Of a stretch of 4,832 nt of DNA, positions 1-4,832 are shown piece after piece. The notes beneath the pieces are model-generated. The model was not told where the DNA came from and did no database searches. It saw only the letters and a list, made by a program, of their open reading frames with translations. The position numbers and the translations under genes are program-made. The DNA lies in the IMG/VR virus record IMGVR_UViG_3300000301_000125, one strand, 5' to 3'. How positions within the stretch are numbered: the stretch's first letter is position 1; each line of letters opens with the position of its first letter. The stretch comes from a virus (lineage: Duplodnaviria; Heunggongvirae; Uroviricota; Caudoviricetes).

Positions 1-494
1 TGCAACATCGGATTGCTGCTGCGGTCAGAGGTTTCGGCACGCTTCACGCCGTTAAAACCGGCCATGATGAAATCAAGGGACTGGCGTTTGATAATGGCGT
101 TACGGACACGGAGCTGGAAATCCTGATAACGCGCCCACAGGTCAAGCGTTTTGTAGCGGATATAAAAATCGAAGTTAATCTGGTCGCATTCGTACTTGTT
201 TGACGCCAGCTTCGAGAAGTCCTTCGGCTGACGCTCGGTGCCACCGGCGGTGTCGGTGGTGCTGGCGATGGAGCCGGTGACACCGATGCCAATTTTTTCC
301 CCTTTCATTTCGCTGACCGGCACAATGTTGATGCGGGTCAGAAAGTCAGAGGACTCCTGCATGGTGTTCATCAGGGTCTGGGTGACCGACGGTTCAACGG
401 TGAATTTTTTCGACACATCACCGGCGTCGATGCCGTTCAGTTCGGCAACACGGGACAGGTAGGCATTAAATTTAAAGCGGGTTTCCTGGCGCAT
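1..494 (-). CDS. N: Major capsid protein, P2 gpN family (partial; N-terminal 164 codons, gene continues beyond window start)
   Basis: ATG at 494..492 on the minus strand. I translated the frame by hand down to position 3 with no stop: MRQETRFKFNAYLSRVAELNGIDAGDVSKKFTVEPSVTQTLMNTMQESSDFLTRINIVPVSEMKGEKIGIGVTGSIASTTDTAGGTERQPKDFSKLASNKYECDQINFDFYIRYKTLDLWARYQDFQLRVRNAIIKRQSLDFIMAGFNGVKRAETSDRSSNPML. I recognise this as the N-terminus of the P2-type major capsid protein. It is absent from the ORF track because there is no stop inside the window. The ribosome-binding site is hidden in the N-run starting at 500. The track ORFs 44..292(-) and 238..462(+) are other-frame artefacts of this gene. Confidence 0.9.
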   Translation of the reverse strand, partial: MRQETRFKFNAYLSRVAELNGIDAGDVSKKFTVEPSVTQTLMNTMQESSDFLTRINIVPVSEMKGEKIGIGVTGSIASTTDTAGGTERQPKDFSKLASNKYECDQINFDFYIRYKTLDLWARYQDFQLRVRNAIIKRQSLDFIMAGFNGVKRAETSDRSSNPML

Positions 495-672
495 AGTTTN
501 NNNNNNNNNNNNNNNNNNNNNNNNNNNNNNNNNNNNNNNNNNNNNNNNNNNNNNNNNNNNNNNNNNNNNNNNNNNNNNNNNNNNNNNNNNNNNNNNNNNN
601 NNNNNNNNNNNNNNNNNNNNNNNNNNNNNNNNNNNNNNNNNNNNNNNNNNNNNNNNNNNNNNNNNNNNNNNN

Positions 673-1651
673 GGCCTTGCTGCGGCGCTGCTGGGTCAGA
701 CTTTCGGTGTGGTCGAGACTGTTTTTCAGGCGGGTGAATGCCTGGCTGGTTTCATCCGCCCTGTCAGTCACCTCCTGCTTAAGTGCGGAAAAGGCGGTTT
801 CCACCTCAGCGAGGCGNNNNNNNNNNNNNNNNNNNNNNNNNNNNNNNNNNNNNNNNNNNNNNNNNNNNNNNNNNNNNNNNNNNNNNNNNNNNNNNNNNNN
901 NNNNNNNNNNNGTGGCGCTCAGTTTTTCCTGCACATGTTCAGCAACAGCGGTCACCGCTTCATGCACGTCATTCAGACGGGCGTCATCGCTGGCCTGTTT
1001 GCGGCCAAAAATGGATTTCACCTTTTCGGTCAGGGCGGTGAACACGGTTTCAGGCAGGTCTTCAAATTCCAGCTCAACGGGCGTTGCCACTGAAATCAGG
1101 TTTTCAGGGCTTAATTTGAAGCGGTTCAGGGGGTTGTGTTTTGCCGTGCGGCAGAATTCCAGGTATTCCGTNNNNNNNNNNNNNNNNNNNNNNNNNNNNN
1201 NNNNNNNNNNNNNNNNNNNNNNNNNNNNNNNNNNNNNNNNNNNNNNNNNNNNNNNNNNNNNNNNNNNNNNNNNNNNNNNNNNNNNNNNNNNNNNNNNNNN
1301 NNNNNNNNNNNNNNNNNNNNNNNNNNNNNNNNNNNNNNNNNNNNNNNNNNNNNNNNNNNNNNNNNNNNNNNNNNNNNNNNNNNNNNNNNNNNNNNNNNNN
1401 NNNNNNNNNNNNNNNNNNNNNNNNNNNNNGTCGTCAATCTTTTCCGCCTTCAGTTCGGCCACATCGCCATAACGCTTAAAAATACCGTCAGGCAGGATGC
1501 CGCGCAGATGTTCCAGGTTAATGCGGCAACCATAGACACGCGGGTCAAAGGTTTCGGCCATTTCCTGAATATCCTGCGCACTGATGACACGCCCGTCACA
1601 GGTGTCACCCTCAACGCCGATACGAAAGAATTTTGAGACTTTTTTTGCCAT
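673..1651 (-). CDS. O: Capsid scaffolding protein / prohead serine protease, P2 gpO family (interrupted by two N-runs; 3' end and stop lie in the N-run 500-672)
   Basis: ATG at 1651..1649 on the minus strand gives MAKKVSKFFRIGVEGDTCDGRVISAQDIQEMAETFDPRVYGCRINLEHLRGILPDGIFKRYGDVAELKAEKIDD (1651..1430). After N-run 1172-1429 the same frame continues TEYLEFCRTAKHNPLNRFKLSPENLISVATPVELEFEDLPETVFTALTEKVKSIFGRKQASDDARLNDVHEAVTAVAEHVQEKLSA(T) (1171..912). After N-run 817-911 the protein continues in a different frame as RLAEVETAFSALKQEVTDRADETSQAFTRLKNSLDHTESLTQQRRSKA (816..673). Possible AGGA ribosome-binding site 9 nt upstream of the ATG. I recognise the protein as P2 gpO-like. The track ORF 472..804(-) is the C-terminal part of this gene; its leading M is an internal GTG (Val) codon and its tail NYAPGNPL is an out-of-frame read of the N start region. 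Confidence 0.85.
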
Positions 1652-1824
1652 TGTCAGGAGTCCTGAATAGTGATTAGAGGAGTCACATGTCGGCATCAGT
1701 TTCCCGACGATGCGCATCCTCCGCCATCAGTCCCGGATGGCTTATCACTGACACAACAGCACCTTAGCGAATCGCGGGGCGCGACTCAGTAGCCTTGCCG
1801 TGTATTCATCACGGCGAGGTATTC
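1652..1824. promoter_or_regulatory. Divergent intergenic control region between O (leftward) and P (rightward); expected site of activator-dependent late promoters
   Basis: 173 bp non-coding spacer between two divergently oriented start codons (O ATG 1651 on minus, P ATG 1825 on plus). In P2-family phages the equivalent interval carries the divergent late promoters activated by the Ogr/Delta zinc-finger activator. No strong sigma70 -35/-10 pair is evident, as expected for activator-dependent promoters. Contains a perfect palindrome TCAGGA-G-TCCTGA (1654-1666), ACATGT (1685-1690) and a partial TGG-N12-ACA dyad (1738-1755). Exact promoter positions are not determinable from sequence alone. Confidence 0.4.
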
Positions 1825-3747
1825 ATGACCATCACCACAGACACCACTCTTTTACACGACCCNNNNNNNNNNNNNNNNNNNNNNNNNNNNNNNNNNNNNN
1901 NNNNNNNNNNNNNNNNNNNNNNNNNNNNNNNNNNNNNNNNNCGTCAGGCGGCGCTGCTGTACTGGCAGGGGTTTTCCGTGCCGCAGATTGCCGCCATGTT
2001 GCAGATGAAACGCCCGACGGTGCAGAGCTGGAAACAGCGCGACGGCTGGGACAGCGTTGCCCCCATCAGCCGTGTCGAAATGAGTCTGGAAGCGCGGCTG
2101 ACCCAGCTCATCATCAAACCGCAGAAAACCGGCGGTGACTTCAAGGAAATTGACCTGCTGGGACGCCAGATTGAACGACTGGCACGGGTCAACCGTTACA
2201 GCCAGACCGGCAACGAGGCAGACCTTAATCCGAACGTCGCTAACCGCAACAAAGGCGGGCGGCGCAAACCGAAAAAGAATTTTTTCAGTGACGAGGCCAT
2301 CGAAAAGCTGGAGCAGATTTTCTTTGAGCAGTCTTTCGAATATCAGTTGCACTGGTATCGCGCCGGGCTTGAGCACCGCATCCGCGATATCCTGAAATCC
2401 CGCCAGATTGGCGCAACGTTTTATTTTTCCCGCGAGGCGCTGCTGCGCGCCCTGAAAACCGGTCATAACCAGATTTTTCTGTCGGCCAGTAAAACGCAGG
2501 CGTATGTGTTCCGCGAATACATCATCGCCTTTGCCCGTCTGGTTGACGTTGACCTGACCGGTGACCCGATTGTCCTGGGCAATAACGGCGCAAAACTGAT
2601 TTTTCTCGGCACCAACTCCAACACCGCACAGAGCCATAACGGCGACCTGTACGTCGACGAGATTTTCTGGATCCCGAATTTTCAGGTACTGCGTAAGGTG
2701 GCATCAGGTATGGCCTCACAGAGTCACCTGCGCTCGACCTATTTCTCCACCCCGTCCACGCTGGCGCACGACGCCTACCCGTTCTGGTCTGGTGAGCTGT
2801 TTAACCGGGGACGCGCCAGCGCCGCTGAACGCGTGGAAATCGACGTCAGTNNNNNNNNNNNNNNNNNNNNNNNNNNNNNNNNNNNNNNNNNNNNNNNNNN
2901 NNNNNNNNNNNNNNNNNNNNNNNNNNNNNNNNNNNNNNNNNNNNNNNNNNNNNNNGCGGACGGTCAGTGGCGGCAGATTGTCACCATTGAGGACGCGCTG
3001 AAAGGCGGCTGCACGCTGTTCGACATTGAGCAGCTCAAACGTGAAAACAGCGCCGACGATTTTAAAAACCTGTTCATGTGTGAATTTGTTGACGACAAGG
3101 CATCGGTGTTCCCGTTCGAGGAGCTGCAACGCTGCATGGTCGACACGCTGGAAGAATGGGAAGACTATGCGCCGTTTGCTGCCAATCCGTTCGGCTCCCG
3201 CCCGGTATGGATTGGTTACGACCCGTCACACCGTGGCGACAGCGCCGGATGTGTGGTACTGGCACCGCCGGTGGTGGCCGGTGGCAAATTCAGAATACTT
3301 GAGCGTCACCAGTGGAAAGGCATGGACTTTGCCACTCAGGCGGAATCCATCCGCAAACTCACCGAAAAATACAACGTCGAATACATCGGTATTGATGCCA
3401 CCGGCCTCGGTGTCGGCGTGTTCCAGCTCGTGCGCTCGTTCTATCCCGCCGCGCGCGACATCCGCTACACGCCGGAAATGAAAACCGCAATGGTGCTCAA
3501 GGCAAAAGACGTTATCCGCCGTGGCTGTCTGGAATATGACGTCAGCGCCACCGACATCACCAGCTCGTTTATGGCTATCCGCAAGACCATGACCAGCAGC
3601 GGACGCAGCGCCACCTATGAGGCCAGCCGCAGCGAGGAAGCCAGCCACGCCGACCTCGCCTGGGCGACCATGCACGCCCTGTTAAATGAGCCACTCACCG
3701 CCGGTATCAGCACCCCGCTGACATCCACCATTCTGGAGTTTTACTGA
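1825..3747 (+). CDS. P: Terminase large subunit (ATPase/nuclease), P2 gpP family; interrupted by two in-frame N-runs
   Basis: ATG at 1825 preceded by GAGG (1816-1819) with a 5-nt spacer. Single frame through both N-runs (1863-1941, 2851-2955) to TGA at 3745-3747. N-terminus MTITTDTTLLHD, C-terminus ...ISTPLTSTILEFY. Walker A-like LSASKT (2479-2496) and Walker B-like LYVDE (2647-2661) in the N-terminal half. Asp-containing motifs WIGYDPS and IGIDATGLG in the C-terminal half, as expected for a terminase nuclease domain. I recognise the protein as P2 gpP-like. The track start at 1795 is a TTG with no ribosome-binding site, so I prefer 1825. Confidence 0.9.
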   Translation: MTITTDTTLLHDXXXXXXXXXXXXXXXXXXXXXXXXXXXRQAALLYWQGFSVPQIAAMLQMKRPTVQSWKQRDGWDSVAPISRVEMSLEARLTQLIIKPQKTGGDFKEIDLLGRQIERLARVNRYSQTGNEADLNPNVANRNKGGRRKPKKNFFSDEAIEKLEQIFFEQSFEYQLHWYRAGLEHRIRDILKSRQIGATFYFSREALLRALKTGHNQIFLSASKTQAYVFREYIIAFARLVDVDLTGDPIVLGNNGAKLIFLGTNSNTAQSHNGDLYVDEIFWIPNFQVLRKVASGMASQSHLRSTYFSTPSTLAHDAYPFWSGELFNRGRASAAERVEIDVSXXXXXXXXXXXXXXXXXXXXXXXXXXXXXXXXXXXADGQWRQIVTIEDALKGGCTLFDIEQLKRENSADDFKNLFMCEFVDDKASVFPFEELQRCMVDTLEEWEDYAPFAANPFGSRPVWIGYDPSHRGDSAGCVVLAPPVVAGGKFRILERHQWKGMDFATQAESIRKLTEKYNVEYIGIDATGLGVGVFQLVRSFYPAARDIRYTPEMKTAMVLKAKDVIRRGCLEYDVSATDITSSFMAIRKTMTSSGRSATYEASRSEEASHADLAWATMHALLNEPLTAGISTPLTSTILEFY

Positions 3748-4832
3748 TGAGCAAGAAAAAAGGGAAAACACCGCGACCAGCGGCAAAAACAACGACCGCC
3801 AGCGCCCCGAAAATGGAAGCATTCACCTTTGGTGAGCCGGTGCCGGTACTCGATCGCCGTGACATTCTGGATTACGTCGAGTGCATCAGTAACGGCAGAT
3901 GGTATGAGCCACCGGTCAGCTTTACCGGTCTGGCAAAAAGCCTGCGTGCCGCCGTGCATCACAGCTCCCCGATTTACGTCAAACGCAATATTCTGGCCTC
4001 GACATTTATCCCGCATCCGTGGCTTTCCCAGCAGGATTTCAGCCGCTTTGTGCTGGATTTTCTGGTGTTCGGTAATGCGTTTCTGGAAAAGCGTTACAGC
4101 ACCACCGGTAAGGTCATCAGACTGGAAACCTCACCGGCAAAATATACCCGCCGTGGTGTGGAAGAAGATATTTACTGGTGGGTGCCGTCCTTCAACGAGC
4201 CGACACCTTTCGCGCCCGGCTCCGTGTTTCACCTGCTGGAGCCGGATATTAATCAGGAGCTGTACGGTCTGCCGGAATATCTCAGCGCCCTTAATTCTGC
4301 CTGGCTGAATGAGTCGGCCACGCTGTTTCGCCGCAAGTATTACGAAAATGGCGCACATGCCGGATACATCATGTACGTTACCGATGCCGTGCAGGATCGC
4401 AACGATATCGAAATGCTTCGCGAAAACATGGTGAAGTCAAAAGGCCGCAACAACTTTAAAAACCTGTTTCTCTATGCCCCACAGGGGAAAGCCGACGGCA
4501 TTAAAATTATCCCGCTCAGTGAAGTGGCAACGAAGGACGATTTTTTTAATATCAAGAAAGCCAGCNNNNNNNNNNNNNNNNNNNNNNNNNNNNNNNNNNN
4601 NNNNNNNNNNNNNNNNNNNNNNNNNNNNNNNNNNNNNNCGCTGACCTGCTGGACGCACACCGCATCCCCTTTCAGTTGATGGGCGGCAAGCCGGAGAACG
4701 TCGGGTCGCTGGGTGATATTGAGAAAGTGGCAAAGGTCTTTGTCCGCAATGAGCTTATCCCGCTACAGGACAGGATCCGCGAGATAAACGGCTGGCTCGG
4801 TCAGGAGGTCATTCGCTTTAAAAACTACTCAC
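3747..4832 (+). CDS. Q: Portal (capsid vertex) protein, P2 gpQ family (partial; continues beyond window end; frame changes across N-run 4566-4638)
   Basis: ATG at 3747-3749 overlaps the P stop codon (TGATG). GGAG at 3735-3738 with an 8-nt spacer. Frame 0 is open from 3747 to 4565 (MSKKKGKTPRPAAKTTT...KDDFFNIKKAS, 273 codons). After the N-run, a different frame starting at 4640 is open to the window end: ADLLDAHRIPFQLMGGKPENVGSLGDIEKVAKVFVRNELIPLQDRIREINGWLGQEVIRFKNYS. The track tail LTCWTHTASPFS with a stop at 4677-4679 is the wrong frame. I recognise the protein as P2 gpQ-like. Confidence 0.85.

Noticed and set aside
472-804. Track ORF 472..804(-) read as a separate 110-aa gene
   Set aside because: It is the C-terminal portion of O. 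The initial M is an internal GTG (Val) codon preceded in frame by RLAE, and the C-terminal NYAPGNPL is an out-of-frame read across the N start codon region after an N-run.
1652-1717. Upstream in-frame ATG at 1717 extending O by 22 codons (MRIVGKLMPTCDSSNHYSGLLT), as drawn in the ORF track (806..1717)
   Set aside because: The extension would run into the divergent promoter region and has no ribosome-binding site. The MAKKVSKFF start at 1651 matches the P2 gpO N-terminus as I recall it and puts Asp19/His48 at the expected codons.
1687-1767. 26-codon ORF (MSASVSRRCASSAISPGWLITDTTAP) in the O/P intergenic region, with GAGGAG 4 nt upstream
   Set aside because: Very short, spacer slightly short, lies wholly within the expected divergent promoter region, and no conservation check is possible here. 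It is worth re-examining only if ribosome profiling or comparative genomics shows a conserved small ORF.
1795-1824. TTG start at 1795 for the terminase gene (track ORF 1795..3747, MPCIHHGEVFM...)
   Set aside because: TTG with no ribosome-binding site. The ATG at 1825 has GAGG 5 nt upstream and gives the MTITTDTT N-terminus.
1852-2637. 261-aa ORF antisense to the terminase gene; similar antisense or alternate-frame ORFs at 2716..3129(-), 3226..3675(-), 3829..4308(+), 1136..1636(+), 783..1472(+), 44..292(-), 238..462(+)
   Set aside because: All lie entirely inside, or antisense to, the four recognised genes. Several depend on N-run codons to stay open. They lack ribosome-binding sites and show the Arg/Cys/Trp/Gly-rich composition typical of off-frame translation of moderately GC-rich coding DNA.
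1863-2955. Possibility that the extra length in the terminase gene reflects an intein or group I intron, both known to invade terminase large-subunit genes
   Set aside because: The apparent excess is only about 150 nt over two runs, far too small for an intein or intron. The reading frame also continues cleanly on both sides.
4641-4679. Apparent Q stop at 4677-4679 (track ORF 3747..4679 ending LTCWTHTASPFS)
   Set aside because: After the N-run this frame is not protein-like. The frame starting at 4640 is open to the window end and reads as portal-like sequence, so Q continues past the window.
1-4832. tRNA, rRNA, CRISPR array, IS element or integrase signatures
   Set aside because: I found no direct-repeat/spacer periodicity, no tRNA-like cloverleaf candidates and no transposase or integrase-like ORFs. 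The unmasked sequence is fully accounted for by four phage structural genes and one intergenic region.

Overview
This window is a P2-family phage or prophage head-assembly and DNA-packaging module; I see no novel system in the unmasked sequence. Minus strand: the 5' part of the major capsid gene (N, runs off the window start) and the capsid scaffold/protease gene (O). A 173-bp divergent control region (1652-1824) follows. Plus strand: the terminase large/ATPase subunit gene (P), then the portal gene (Q, runs off the window end), whose ATG overlaps the P stop codon (TGATG). Six N-runs (500-672, 817-911, 1172-1429, 1863-1941, 2851-2955, 4566-4638; 783 nt, about 16% of the window) interrupt O, P, Q and the O-N junction, so the O stop codon, the N ribosome-binding site and parts of every gene cannot be read. 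Reading frame does not carry across two of these runs (817-911 in O, 4566-4638 in Q). From my recollection of P2 protein lengths, the runs also look longer than the sequence they replace. The N-run lengths should therefore not be taken literally. Product assignments rest on my recognition of the translated proteins as P2 gpN/gpO/gpP/gpQ-like; no database search was run. Most ORFs in the supplied six-frame track are antisense or out-of-frame artefacts of these four genes, and the track omits N because it has no in-window stop.
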